From Curvularia clavata (lineage: Eukaryota), in the NCBI GenBank assembly GCA_023920165.1, contig CP089276.1, forward strand, positions 3,100,001 to 3,164,000: DNA of 64,000 nucleotides, given 5' to 3'. Both the position numbers and the translations under genes were made by a program. The notes below the pieces were generated by a model. It was given only the letters and a program-made list of their open reading frames with translations, was not told the DNA's origin and did no database searches. This document shows positions 25,570 through 39,055 of the stretch, in pieces; position 1 is the first letter of the stretch, and the number at the start of each line of letters is the position of its first letter.

Positions 25570-28038
25570 TTACTGCGCACCAACCTCCTCTTCAGCCCAG
25601 CCAGGCAAGCCACCATCGCCCTGGATTGCGAGGCCGTAGCCACTGTTGCCGCTACCAAAACCACCAATGCCGGAGCTCAGACTGCCAAAAGATCCTTGTT
25701 GAGGAGCTTGAGTCTGAGGCATAGAGTGGTTGAAAGGACCTTGGGTGAAAGCAGGAAGGCTTACGGCACGAGAGTGTTGACCACGAGAGTTGAGGTTAGA
25801 GGGCGCAAGAAGACCGCCAACGGTGGTCGTTCCAGAGCCACCAGCTGAGGTGCCGTTGATGAGGCTAAAGCTTGAGGTGCTTTGGTGTGAGCTGTGGGAG
25901 TGATGAGGCTGAGGCGTGTTGAGATCGGCACCGTAGAAAGCAGCTTGAGGCGATTGGAATGATGACTGCTGTTGCTGTTGCTGCTGCTGATTCTGCTGCT
26001 GCATGCTAGCCTCCACCTGTTGCTGTTGAGCTTGTTGCTGCTGGGCTTGAAGATACATCATCAACGGGTTGTTATTGCCGCCCGCGTTCAGGATGTTACC
26101 CGAAGCAGGTGCTTGGACAGAGGGGAACTGTCCATTAGTGCTCTGGCCAGAACCAGGCGCACCCGAGCCAGTAGGCGAGACGGATGCACCAGCACGGTTG
26201 GGGTGCAGGCCGTTGATGGGCGAAGGCGACTGAAGGCCGTCGCTACCGGCTTGCTGGCCCTGAGCTTGCTGGTTGTTCATTTGGCGTGGAGGGTTACCAC
26301 ATCGGTCCTTTCCGAAGTTGACCTTGAATCGCTTGTACTCCTCACGGCCTCGGATCGCCTCGATCGCCTTGATAGCGTTGGCAATGTTGGTGAAGTTGAC
26401 AAAGGCGCAGCTCTTCTCACGGAGGGTGTTGACCAGCTCAATCTCGCCGTACTCAGAGAAATCCTGCCTCAAACGGTCCTCGGTCCAAGACTCGTCGAGG
26501 TTACCAACGTACACATTGCGGGAAGCACCGCCGCTAACTGCAAGAGCAATCGCCGGAGGAAGAGCACCAGAGTGCTTGCCCCAGCCAATCTTGAGGCGGC
26601 GGTTGTGAATCATTAAACCTTGAAGGTTGCTAAGAGCGTAAAAAGACGCTGCGGAAGTAGGATCGATAAACGTAACGAAGCAAATGTGCTTGTCAGGAAT
26701 GTACCTGATGTGGTGAAGAAGACCACCGCGCACGACGTTGCAAATCTCTTCAATGGTAGTCTCGGGATGGATGTTACCTAGATAGACAGTTCGGTTACCC
26801 AGGTTGTTGACACCACCAGCCGAGGTTGCGACAGCAGCTGCGGCGACAGACTGCTGAGCAAGGGCGTTGGAAATCATATCACGGTCCGCGCCGTTCAGAA
26901 CATGAGCGTATCCAGGCGCAATGCCCAGGTACTGAGCAGCGTTTTGTTGCTGAGTCTTGGAAACATAAGCGCATCGGTCCTTGCCGTAGTATACGCGCCT
27001 GGGAGCCTGCCACTTAGGCTCCTGGGGAAGCTGGGAGACAGCCTTGATGGCATTGCCAATCGACAGGAAGTGAACGAAACCAATCGCCTTCTCCCGAACA
27101 ATCTTGACGGTATCGATTGGTCCAAACTTGCTGAGATCCTCACGGAGCTCATCTTCTGTAACATCCTCTGGCAAGTTACCCAAGTAGACGTTACGAGAAG
27201 CGCCAGACTGTTGGACCGCCAAGGCCACAGATGTGGGTACCTGCGACGGCTTTCCCCATCCGATCTTGATGTCCTGGCCCCTGATGGACAGCTTTTTCAA
27301 GATGGCATCAGAGTGGAAGTGGGTAGCAGAGCTGCTGTCCAAGAAGGAGATGAAAGCGCAGTTCTTGTCGGGAAGAAGCCTGACAGACTCGATCTGTCCG
27401 CTCCTCACGTGACCCAAGATCTCCTCAGCAGATGTCTCTGGGGGAATGTTGCCCAAGTAGACGGTTCTGCTAGTTCCAGAGACCAGGCCAGGGGCGATGG
27501 GCATCGAGGAGCCGAGACCGCCAAGACCTTGCGCACCAAAACCAGAGAAACCTCCGGTGGGAGACTGAGGACCACCGAAAAAGCCGCTCGTAGGAGAAAC
27601 CATGTTCTGATACAGCTGAGGCGAAAGCGGCTGCTGCAAGGGGCTACCGACGTGGTTGGACTGGTTCTGCTGCTGGTTTTGGTTCTGGCCCGCAAATTGT
27701 GCAAAATTTTGGAACTGCGGGGAAGCAAAAGCGGAGGGCGAGCCGGGCTGGAAAGGGCTGCCGAGAAGCAACTGCGAAGGCAGCAGAGGGGTGAAGTTCA
27801 TGTCAAAGCCAGTTCCAGGGGTCTGCAGATCAGCGCCGTTTTGGTTACCCGGGTTAAGTCTGCCGGTGTTGATGGACATGTTGTTGGCCCTCTCTGGGTG
27901 CCTGTCGCCATAGCCGGGCTGGTTGGTGGCAAAGGCGCCGTGAGAGAAGCCATGGTGGCCTCCGTTCATCTGCCTGGCGAAGCTCGTCTGGAGACGGGGT
28001 CCGCTGGGTGCATTGGGGGCACCATCGTGTTGCTGCAT
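25570..28038 (-). CDS. MRN1: Four-RRM RNA-binding protein (S. cerevisiae Mrn1 / S. pombe Nrd1 type)
   Basis: Four RRMs starting [41 protein letters not shown] motifs; Q/N-rich flanks. Confidence 0.88.
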   Translation of the reverse strand: MQQHDGAPNAPSGPRLQTSFARQMNGGHHGFSHGAFATNQPGYGDRHPERANNMSINTGRLNPGNQNGADLQTPGTGFDMNFTPLLPSQLLLGSPFQPGSPSAFASPQFQNFAQFAGQNQNQQQNQSNHVGSPLQQPLSPQLYQNMVSPTSGFFGGPQSPTGGFSGFGAQGLGGLGSSMPIAPGLVSGTSRTVYLGNIPPETSAEEILGHVRSGQIESVRLLPDKNCAFISFLDSSSATHFHSDAILKKLSIRGQDIKIGWGKPSQVPTSVALAVQQSGASRNVYLGNLPEDVTEDELREDLSKFGPIDTVKIVREKAIGFVHFLSIGNAIKAVSQLPQEPKWQAPRRVYYGKDRCAYVSKTQQQNAAQYLGIAPGYAHVLNGADRDMISNALAQQSVAAAAVATSAGGVNNLGNRTVYLGNIHPETTIEEICNVVRGGLLHHIRYIPDKHICFVTFIDPTSAASFYALSNLQGLMIHNRRLKIGWGKHSGALPPAIALAVSGGASRNVYVGNLDESWTEDRLRQDFSEYGEIELVNTLREKSCAFVNFTNIANAIKAIEAIRGREEYKRFKVNFGKDRCGNPPRQMNNQQAQGQQAGSDGLQSPSPINGLHPNRAGASVSPTGSGAPGSGQSTNGQFPSVQAPASGNILNAGGNNNPLMMYLQAQQQQAQQQQVEASMQQQNQQQQQQQQSSFQSPQAAFYGADLNTPQPHHSHSSHQSTSSFSLINGTSAGGSGTTTVGGLLAPSNLNSRGQHSRAVSLPAFTQGPFNHSMPQTQAPQQGSFGSLSSGIGGFGSGNSGYGLAIQGDGGLPGWAEEEVGAQ

Positions 28039-28238
28039 GTCGAGCAGGTGCGGGGGCAGGTTGAAGCTGTCCCGCGGGTTTTGAGATAGAACCGCCGTGG
28101 TGAAGATGTATTACTGCGTCCGGGACTCGTTGGACCGGACGACGAAATATGTATGGCAGAAGGGGAAGTTGCAACCGGTTGCAGGATGGTCGCTGGGCTT
28201 GCGAAGTATGCTACTGTATTACAAGGCGTAAGAGCGAC

Positions 28239-28297
28239 CTGGGCACAGCGTTAGTCTTGGCCATGGCGGAGAGGCGAAAGGAGGTCAGCAGACGTAC
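28239..28297 (-). promoter_or_regulatory. 5'UTR intron of the Mrn1-like gene containing a uORF start
   Basis: Minus strand GTACGT donor (28297), CTAAC branch, CAG acceptor (28239); internal GCCATGG with ATG at 28264. Confidence 0.6.
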
Positions 28298-29572
28298 TCG
28301 GGAAAGCACAATGGCAGCGAGAGAAGGCAGGAAGTGGACCGGCGACGGAGTGCTGGCGACGAGGCACGGCGACGACTGGATCGGTTGCGGATGCTCCGAG
28401 TGCACAGGCACAGGTTCACGGCGCAGCAGAGCGAGGCGAGGCGGTCGAGATATATGGATCGAGGTCCAATGGCGGACGCGGGGGGGAGGGCAAATTAAAT
28501 GCTGTGGCCCGAAGGAAGCTGGCGAAGAATAAACTCGCGTGGCCTAAGCTGCTACGTGCACCAAACGATGGAACCGGGAGTCGAAGAAGGAAGGGCAAAG
28601 AAGGGCGCCTTGGTCAAGAGCGTCGGTGCGGGGGAGAAGAGGAGGTAATGAATGAAGAGATCGAAGAAGAGGGATGCGACCTGACACGGTGGGGAGGAGA
28701 GAGCAGGAGGAGGTCGGTGAGAAATGCTCACTAGCAGGGCCCATTAGGAGGCAGGCGCAAATGAGGCAGCCAAAAGCGGACAGCTAGCGCGCTGCTTATT
28801 TTAAACGCGCAGGCCCACCACTGAATCGGACAGCAGCCGGTACGCAACCAGCGCTGCCCTGTCGTTCGGGGGTGCCATGGAGATGCTGGCATTGTATGTA
28901 AAGTACGGGGCCTCGACGACGACGTGGTGCAGCGACGCGCCATGGAGCCTGGCGCGCGCTGACGAGAGCTTTGTGTTACACGTGCGAGAAAGTAGGACAC
29001 ACTTCGGAGCCTCTGCCTGGAGCATCTGCGGCCAGCGGGTAATTGCAGGCGTGCAGCTTCGGTCCCTGACTAGACGGGCGATGCATGCCGTGTGGAATAG
29101 TGCGCGCCATGGTGATAGTGCTGCTCTGCTAACGCCCCTCTACCAGCCGAACGCCAAAGGGTCCAGAGCCAAATGCCGCTCGCTCCACGGGCGCGAGAGG
29201 CCCCAGGTCTCGCAGCGAAGAGCCTGCTCACGTGCCGTGTTCCCGCCCGCTCCTTCCTTGAACGCTTGCTGCGAACGAACCAGCCCAAAGGAAAAAAGGA
29301 GGAAGACAAAGACGGAGCCTCTGCCGCGTGTCAAATGTCAAACATCGTCATGCGCGAACCGTCAGTGGCACCCCCTTGGAGTGTTTGCATTGTTCTGGAA
29401 ACCATATTTGCTTATTCTGCCGTTTGGCTTCATGCTCGCTGGGAATGGGTAGACAGGCCAACGCTCCGCGACAGGGGGGTCCCATAAGCGAACACGTGAC
29501 CATCAACTACGATCGACACCTCAATCCGTGCTTCGTGGTCCTTGTGTGCCTTCACCCGCTGTCAGTCTCGCC

Positions 29573-31391
29573 ATGGCAGAGCTGTATCCGTCGCTTGCGC
29601 AGTGCGCCATTGTGGCCACGGCGCTCAAGGTCCTCCTGTTTCCTGCATAGTATGTCTGCGCGCCGCAATGCCAAACCTCCGACCCTCCCACCGCTGACCC
29701 TTGGGCCAGCAAGTCGACCGACTTTGAGGTTCACCGCAACTGGCTAGCTCTAACCCACTCCCTGCCCATCAAAGAGTGGTACTACGAAGTCAGCCCGCCA
29801 TGCCCACCAAGATTGTATTGCTACCGCTGTCTAACGCCATGGACAGAAAACATCAGAATGGACCCTTGACTATCCCCCCTTCTTCGCCTATTTCGAATGG
29901 CTCATGTCTCAGGCGGCGGTATACGCCGACGCCGGCTTGCTGAATGTGAAAGACCTGGGCTACGACAGCTGGCAGACCATCTACTTCCAGCGTACTACCG
30001 TCATTGTCACCGAGCTGGTCCTGGTGTATGCCTTGCATCTGTACTGCTCTCCTACCCCACGTGACCCGTATAGTACTAACTTCTCCTCAGCTACGTGAAG
30101 ACATCCAAATCCAAAGTCACTGCTCACGCTGCTGCGCTTTCAGTTCTACTGTCTCCAGGCCTACTCATTATTGACCATATCCATTTCCAGTACAATGGCT
30201 TTCTCTACGGTATCCTGGTACTGTCCATGGTCCTGGCACGCAACAACTCCACGCTTTTGCTGTCTGGTCTGCTCTTTGCTGCTCTCCTGTGCTTCAAACA
30301 CATCTATCTCTATCTTGCACCTGCGTATTTCGTCTATCTTCTACGTGTCTACTGCTTGGGGCAGCGGTCTTCGTTCCCCTACTTCAACATTCAATTTTTC
30401 AACTGCATCAAGCTCGGCATAGCCATCATTACCGTATTCGCAGCAGCCTTCGGTCCTTTTGCACTCTGGGGTCAACTCGACCAATTGCTCAGTCGCCTGT
30501 TCCCATTCTCGCGAGGATTGTGTCACGCGTACTGGGCACCAAACGTTTGGGCCATGTACTCGTTCGTGGACCGAGTGCTGATTTACTGTAAAAACAAATC
30601 TTCCCCATCTTCTGCTAAGCAACGCTAATACCAACAGTGGCTCCCCGGCTCAATTTACATGTCGATCAAGACGCAGTGAACAGCGTTACGCGAGGCCTAG
30701 TCGGGGACACGTCCTTCGCCGTGCTTCCTGACATAGTTCCGTTGACTTGCTTTCTCCTTACGCTCGGAGCACAGATAGTATGCATCGAGCCACTCCGCAA
30801 CCATGACTCAACTAACGTCTTTCAGCCCGTTCTTCTCCGACTGCTCTTCAAGCCCACCTGGGAAGCCTTTGTCGGCGCCGTGACGCTCTGCGGATATGCA
30901 TCCTTTCTATTTGGATGGCACGTTCACGAAAAGGCAATTCTGCTCGTCATCATTCCGTTTAGTTTGATCGCACTTCAGGATCGCAGGTACTACGGGGCAT
31001 TCCGGCCTTTGGCTGTTGCTGGCCATGTGTCCCTGTTCCCTCTACTGTTTACTACCGCCGAGTTCCCTGTAAAGACGGTCTATACCATTTTCTGGTTGGT
31101 CTTGTTTCTGATCGCCTTCGACAGGCTGGCTCCAGCGTACGTGAAGCTCAACTTTGCTCAATTATTTGCTAACATGTCAGATCACCGAAACCCCGCATTT
31201 TCCTGCTCGACAGGTTCTCTTTGCTCTACATCACGCTTTCAATACCTCTGATTGCCTATTGTTCGCTGGTTCACGGCTTGGTGTTCGGATCTCGTTATGA
31301 ATTCTTACCACTCATGTTTACAAGCTCCTACTCTGCCATTGGTGTGGTGGGCAGTTGGGTTGGCTTTTTGGTAGTATTCTTCGACTTGTAA
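29573..31391 (+). CDS. ALG8: Dolichyl-PP-Glc1Man9GlcNAc2 alpha-1,3-glucosyltransferase
   Basis: [72 protein letters not shown]; six GT-AG introns restore a continuous frame to TAA at 31391. Confidence 0.95.
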
Positions 31392-32481
31392 GCTAAAATT
31401 CATATTGAATGTGCTTACGATCATGTTCATCCTCTTCGCCATTCAATGTTATTTTCAATTGCGAACTTTGCAAACGACTCTCGCCTTCCCGCATGTTTGC
31501 TTGATTGTCACATCCTCAACCACTGAATGAAATCAGGAAAATGCGATAGTATCGGTTTTCTTAGACGCTCGACAGTCTAGAGAGGTCTAATGTGACTTCC
31601 TGAGAGCTCGGTAGTTTTGAACCGTCACCTCTATCCGATCGAAAGAGATAAAAATGGTGCATATGGGCAAGGGAACAGAAGGATAACTTGCCCAGTCACC
31701 ATGATAGTGCTTTGCCTTTCATAGCAACTCCTGTTTCATTGTAGTTGTTTAGCAATCTCACGTGTACGTGTACGCGGCTATTAAGGATGGCGTGTCTCAG
31801 CAAGTGGGTCAGCTTGCTCAAGGGTTTGCTCAAGGTGGCTCGGTGCATCCAACTTCACCACGGCTTGCTTTCCCGGGATCTTGATGATGCAATAATCTTT
31901 CATTTGCTGTAATACCAAGTCGGATGGATGACGCAGTGTGATTGCTCTCGTTTTGACGAAAAGAACGAGTCCAAACATGCCAATATTGTAATTGTGGTGG
32001 GGTCCGTAGCTTTGTTGCGTGGGTGGTAGGGTGCGAAAGCGGTCCTTACCGAATGCAGTATGGCACCTCGCGCCAAGGGACTATAGGCTTCTCCTACTAC
32101 CTTTCACTGACTTTTGTTCTCATTAACTGTCCTCTGACTTGTTCCTGTCGACTCTGCCGCCCGTCGCTCCCACGACTGCGCCCACAACCTCTACGAACCA
32201 AACCTCTCGCCGCATAACGCGCCTCGGAACTGGAAGACGCGTCTCGGAACGCTTTTCGGACCACCGAAGAGTGCGACAGCAATTTCTAGACAGCATTTGC
32301 TGACGCGTGAAAGTCACAAACTTATAGAAACGCCCGCGGAGGGGCCATTGCTTCCGCCTCTCTCCACGCTGTACCCTTAGAAAGGGCAAGCGACGCGCTT
32401 CGATCATCGCGACATTTCCGAAGTTTGCGACGCGGTGCATCAGTGACCAAGAACCCTACATGAGCTGGGTCTCGTCTCAAC

Positions 32482-35400
32482 ATGGTACAGACTCAATCGC
32501 AGTATATATGCGAACGTGCACTGAGAACATTGCAGGTCCTCTTCAAGCGCAAACCCGTCAAACTCGAACCCTTACCTCAAAATCTCGACGATAACGCCGA
32601 GGTGCGTCACACAACTAGACGAAGCCGGAGGCTGTAGATACTGAGACCCTTTGTTAGGTTTGGCATATTCGGCAGACTGGAGAGGTTTTCGTCGACTATG
32701 AGCGGTACCTTGAGCGGTAGGTAAATCTATGGAAATGACGTCAGGCGTCAGATATGGCTAACACAATATAGGTTGGACTTTTACCAACAGGTAAGAGAAT
32801 CACGGGGCAAAGGCCCTGGTGCGAACATGGCTAATCAAGATGTCAGCGGGGCTTCACATGCCAGGCGACCGGACATTCCGGCTACACTTATTTCGAGGCC
32901 CTAGAGAGCGAGGTAGGCTCCACGTCCATACTCGTCAAGGCCGACGAGGAGGTAACATCCGTGCAGACGGAAGCTTCCAAAGAGATCAACAACGTCTTTC
33001 CTGATAGCTTGAAATCTCCTGTTCTTCACTATGTCCAGTTCCAAGACCACCATCGTATGGACGACCTAGGTAAGCCGGCATCAAATGTTTTGGAACTGAC
33101 CCCTTGTTAACACATAATGTAGTGAATGACGTTTACGATGTACGTTCCCATGATCGCTGACTATTCCGCAAGGGTTTTGTCACTAATCCCATTCTCTCCA
33201 GCATTTCAAGGAACACTTCATGCTACATGACCGGGTATCTGTCGAAGGTGACAACCCACGTCGGTTCGGTCAAATCACTCAGATCACCGACAGCAGCCGC
33301 GTTCATAGCATGTTCACCGGCCAATCGATGGACGACAGCATCCGAACATACACTTACGTAATCACCATGGACGACACTGGTGAGACTGTGACCAAGTACA
33401 AAGCGTCAGAACTCCAGCGAGACAAGAAATCATTCTCTAAGCTTCTCCTGAAGGCCTTCCTTCGCAATGCCCTCAATCGTGAAGAATGGATTGGCGCTCC
33501 TTGGATGGTCAAGGACAGTTACGCTAAGCGTTATAATATTCCAACCACAATCCCTGAGAACCAAACAAGGGAGTCCGTGGTGGCTGCTAAGAGGGCGTTC
33601 CAAGATATTCCTAATGGTGTCAATCATTCAGTTCAGCAGCCATATCCACCTCATATAACAAACGGTCACGGTCCCCATACAAATGGTCAAATGGCATCAC
33701 AACCTTCCGGGCCAGGTCAGCCCGCATTTGTCAACTTTCCCGCAAACGGTCCACCTTATTCCCAACACAATCCCACCCCTCCTTTCGTTCACGTCAACGG
33801 TCCCCCGCTGCCGTATCTGGGCAATCCTCCACCAATGTTTAATGGCGGGCCACATCCTATCCAAACCTTCCCGCTACCACACCAGATGGTGACTCATATT
33901 CCACCGCATCTCGGTACTACGGTGCTACACATGCCCCCGCAGGGAAATGGCCTTCCCTTAAATCTTCCATTCCAAACGAGCTTTCATCACCAGCAGGCGC
34001 CCCGACCTACCAACCTTCCGCAGTCGCAACCACAGCAGGCACCTCCACCAGCCCGCCCCGTCGAGTACGTCAAGTATCCATGTGAAGACCTGGAAATTAA
34101 GCATCCTCGCCTTCAAGTAAATCGTCCACCCCTGAAATTCTTCTCCGATGACGTGCCCGATGGAGTCGAGCCTCCCTCGGAGGAAAAGAAAACAGGCATC
34201 CTGATGAAGAGCATTGGTCCGCTGCTCTGCATTTGGGAGACACTCAATGTTCATGATACGGTCTACATGCTCGATTCTTTTACGTTTGATGATTTTGTTG
34301 ATGCTATGCGCTTCTCACACGACACGGTTGAGTGCGAGCTATATGTTGAAATGCATTGTGCTATCCTGAAGCAGATCATCAATGAGTCCGGAAAAATCCA
34401 AAGCTCTCTGCCAAACATGGATGATGAAGATTCATCAGAAGAAGAGTCGAGTAGCGAGTCAACACCCACTCCTGAGCCTGAGCCGCCTGTTAGAACTACG
34501 CGAAGTAGCTTGAGAAAGTCCGGTGCCGCGCAGCTGCTTGCCAAACAACGCACACCTACGCCTGAACCGCCAAAGGAGATTCACAAGGCCGCTGAATTTG
34601 TCAGTGAGTTTGACTGGATCGAGCAGTGCAAGGTGCGCAACTTCACTGAGGGTGGGTGGCAGGCCATTGTTGTCGCCTTGCTCCATCGTCTATCCTTTGA
34701 TCCTGCAAGAAAGGAGTCTTGTGATGAGATTCTTGCCCAGCTTGTCCCACCAGACGAAGAGGAACCGTGCGCCGCTACTATTGCTGAAAATTACAAAGAA
34801 CTGGACGTCAATCTCCGTGTCTCGGCACTCGAGATGCTACTAAGCTTGACTATTAATACCGAGAACTTCCGAGATCAACTCACTGCCGCCGCCCAGGAGA
34901 TGACTCGTTTGCGGAAGGAGAAGATTGAGTTTCAGCGCAAGAGAAAAGAGTTGGCTGACGAATTATGCAAACTGGACCTGGAGCGAAAGATTCAGCTACC
35001 CGAAAACACACCAGCTTCACCTACCAGTGCCAAGATGAACGAAGATCCCGATGTCTCGACAGCCAGTATCAACGAGGACTCCAAAGATGCAGTTGCTGCG
35101 GATGCCAACGACGACGATGACTCTACGACATCGAAGACGAGGACACGTCCATCAAACAAGAACAAGCGCAAGGCGGCTGCTGAAGATGCCCGCAAAGAGA
35201 AAGCCAAGAAGGCCAAAGCCGAAGCTGAGAGGAACAAGAAGCAAAAAGAATGGGAGAAGCTCCTAGCAGCCATCGAAAAGAAGAAGGATGAGCTCAAAGA
35301 TTGCGAGGCCAACATCAATGAGCTCGATGATGATCTCCGCGAGACCTTAGTGCACCGCAGCAAGATTCTTGGCAAGGACCGTTTCCTGAACAAATATTAC

Positions 35401-36003
35401 TGGTTCGAACACAATGGCATGCCTTTCGGCGGCGTTCCTAATAGTTCTACCGCTGAATACGGTTATGCCAACGGTCGCATTTGGGTGCAAGGTCCTTCAG
35501 AGCATGAACTTGGGCCAAATCTGGAGGAGCCAGCCCTTTCTCAAGACATGGAGCGCTTTGGCTACACTGTTCCACAGCGCAAGGAGCGTGAAGAAGGTCC
35601 CACGCATCTCTCGACAGCTACTGAGTGGGGATATTACGATGATCCTGAAGACATTGACAAGTTGTTAGCCTGGCTCGACGAGCGCGGATTACGGGAGCGC
35701 GCACTGCGTAAGGAGCTACAGGCTTTCCGCGATCGCATTGCAGAATACATGCTCAAGATGCGGAAACATCTGGAAGAGTCTATTAAGGCTGAAGAGGAGG
35801 AAGCTGAAGACGAGGAAAAACCCCGAGTATCGACGCGAAACAAAACCCAAGCCGACGAAGCGCCAAAGGACCGCTGTCTCCAATGGACCAACAGCATCAT
35901 GCGTGAAGAGTTTGGTCACAACCACTTTGAGGAGTATGAGCCACCGAAGAAGGGCAAGGCAAAGGCCACGAAGGCAAACAAAGGCAAGGGTCGAGGACGC
36001 TAA
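32482..36003 (+). CDS. ITC1: ISWI chromatin-remodelling complex subunit Itc1/Acf1 (WAC, DDT, WHIM domains)
   Basis: M|VLFKRKPV, TGEVFVDYERYLER, FTCQATGHSGYTYFEAL (WAC); LLCIWETLNVHDTVYMLDSFTFDDF (DDT); LGKDRFLNKYYWFE (WHIM). Seven introns between 32485 and 33201. Confidence 0.92.
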
Positions 36004-36809
36004 CTTCTACGGTTCGAGAAACCTATGCAAAGAGTCGAGAATGGTTGGAACATTTGCGTATATTCACGAATGACGAAACAGCATATTTTTTGGCGAACTT
36101 CGGAGATTTGATACCAAGCGCAATAGCGCTCAGAGTACATTACATGCATTTTAAGGCGTTTGGCAGGGTATGGCATTGCGCTGGCGTCGGTGGCTAGAAC
36201 GCTCGATCCTGGCTCATTGAGCATTATAACTTGCATTGGGCGGATATTCTCTACCAAACAGCATTTCGAGCAGCTATGGGCTGCTTGTTGTTTGGAACAA
36301 ACAATCAAACAATGTAACAAAATACAATTCACAAAGTTGTAATTCAATACGTCGTGTAAATGATGATCAATATCCTGTTGCTTCACCAGAAAATCAGCCC
36401 ATGCCAACTTACCCAGCGCTGTCTACTTTACACAACATCTCTACTACTTGACAATCGTAAAAGCCTCGAGTAAGATTTCTATCAAGGAAAACTAAACGAG
36501 AATAGTAAGTCTCTGGAGAATTCTACAATAGTAGGTATTTACACAAGATTGACTTTTTCGTAGAGGTGCAGTGTCATGCCGGAGTAGTAGTGGCGCGCGC
36601 ATGTGACGTATCGACCGATACGGACTAGCGTGTCAGCACCATGCGACTCCCGACCGGAGGTCTTCAACAACACGCGCCTGTATACCCCATCATAAGTCCT
36701 TCGTTTCAAGTAATCAGGCATCGGCGCTATTGACACCATATTCCGGAAAGCCTCTGCAACTCTTCAGAAGGCCAGGAGAGAGCTCCGCCGATATTGAGCA
36801 GCCGTCAAC

Positions 36810-38230
36810 ATGGCCGCGAATGGGGCGCGAAAGGGTGAGCTCATGCCGCAGCGTCCGCACCCCACACGCGCGTCGGCACTAATGCGCTACAGAAACTCCC
36901 ACAGCTGCAGAGAGAAACTCCGGTCTGCTCGACTCAAGCATAATCAAAGGTGTCGTCAAGCCGGAGAAGTCGAGGATCAAGTTAAGGATCAAAAAGCCGG
37001 TGCCTAAGCCATCGATACCGGGGAACTGGAAGGAAAGCGATGCGACAAGTACGTCCACCTTTGCATGCCACACACCAATCTCGCAGATGTCCGCTACAGT
37101 ATGCTAACATAGTTTCTAGATATTGAGAACAAACCCTCGGCTACGTCGACAACTTCACCCGTGATCAACCCACTCGATGAGAAGACGATATCTGGCTTCC
37201 CCAGCGGCCGCCCGTTGGATGACAAAGTAGACACTGTGCAATGCAAGCACTGCCGTCGGCCAGTACTCCGTGCATCCTCAGCAGCACATATACGCGAATG
37301 TCTCCACAAGAAGCAAGAGAAACTCAAGAAGAAGAAAGAGGCGAAAGAGGCGAAAGATGCTGCGCTTAGAAAAGAAAAAGGAGAAGATGAAGAAGGCGGC
37401 AAGTCGCGCAAGTCAGCCATCAAAGGTGCTTCCATGGATGGGGAAGGCGCAAAGAAGGGCAAGAAGCGGAAGCTTGATGGTGACGCTGAGAAGGCACCCA
37501 ATGCCAAGAAAAAGAAGAAGGACGAACCCAAGCAAAAGGGCGCAAAGCCCAAGGGGCCTGTTGATGTTGAGAGACAATGCGGTGTATCTTTACCAAATGG
37601 CGGATACTGCGCTAGAAGCCTGACCTGCAAGAGCCACTCAATGGGTCTTAAGAGAGCTGTCCCAGGACGCAGTTTGCCCTACGACATGCTACTGGCGCAA
37701 TACCAAAAGAAGAACCAGGCCAAGATACAAAGTATGTTACTGCATGAACAAGGTCAAGAAAACACCTGCTAACATGATCTCCAGGATCGCTTATTGATGC
37801 CAACGCTCCTCTTCCCGAAGACCTTGAGCCCTCTGGTGCTGTTGATTCTGATGAAGAGAAGGACTCGATAATGGCAGCCCTGGGTCGACATCGACCACGT
37901 CCCCTGGCAACATATACCCATACATCCCAGCGATCAAAATACCAATACATACGTATGAAGGGCATGATCCGCTCAGCACTTGGAGCGCCACCCGGCGGAG
38001 GAGGTTCCATGTTCTCGGGAGGAGACAACACTAGTACCGGACGGGGAATGGCATTGGGTATGATGGGCGCGCCTCTAAGCGCGACCAACGAACATTTTCC
38101 GCAAAGCGCCGGCTTTGGAGCACCGCTAAGTGCTGGACTTGACAGCGGAGCGGGAAGTAGGCGGCAGAGTACTATCAGTTCTGGTGGGCCACGACAGTTG
38201 CTGCCCGGACATCTACAGAAGGTGTCATGA
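36810..38230 (+). CDS. SGF73: SAGA deubiquitinase-module subunit Sgf73/ataxin-7 (SCA7 domain)
   Basis: CKHCRRPV...HIRECL zinc finger; KGPVDVERQCGV...CARSLTCKSHSMGLKRAVPGRS. Introns ~36835-36892, 37049-37119, 37732-37784. Confidence 0.93.
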
Positions 38231-39055
38231 GGCAAAGTGTATGTATAACGGATAGGCAAGGGCGTTGGTAATGGTTTTGGCTCGAAGCTCAGGTCTAGGC
38301 GTTATGATACCCGTGCAGGCACAAAGGTTTTTTCCATGCCAACACCTGGCTAGGCACTAGCTATTCATGTATAATTATGATTGAAAAATGACATATGTTG
38401 GTTGTTGGACGCTAGGTGCGCAGAGCCCTGTGGTGTGAAAAGTATACAAAGGCATTGCGGTGAGGTGCCGCATCAACCAAAAGCACAAAGTCCGAAGCCA
38501 AGAAAGATAGAGAGAAGGCGGTGGGCAATGTGGCGGATCCACCACGGCACTCCAAGCTCGGAGGCCTGTCCAGCCATGTTGCGTGGGATGGCGGGGCTGT
38601 TGCCCGTGTCAACATGGCTTTCGAGCCTCTGCCTCCCCCTCCTCCGATTCCGCTTCCCCAATCGCACTCTTCCCTTCCCCCTTCTCGACTCTGCGTCAGC
38701 CCCAATTGAGTCTAAAACCCCTTTCTCTGAATAATCCTCTCTAGCCATTGGCGGACTTGACCGTGGAGCTTGCATGATCACACACCCTTGGTAAGCCGAG
38801 CTCCTCCTGCTACTTCCAAAAGCAACCTGGGCTGGTGGGGAAAGCAGAAATCGTCTACAAAAGTGGGATTGCCCGCGGAACATGACGACGGAGCGGTTCA
38901 CTTCTGTTCTAGCATCTCCACATGCAAATCGTCGTCATATCGTCACTGACACGAGCTTCAAGGTTCCCACCTATCACTCTCAACCTCTCGATTTGAGACA
39001 CAACACCTATCACGATAATACTCCTCCTATTTAATTCACCTTTACCACCGCAATC

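Noticed and set aside
26902..28089. 395-aa and 214-aa (25972-26616) plus-strand ORFs
   Set aside because: Antisense shadows of the Mrn1-like CDS.
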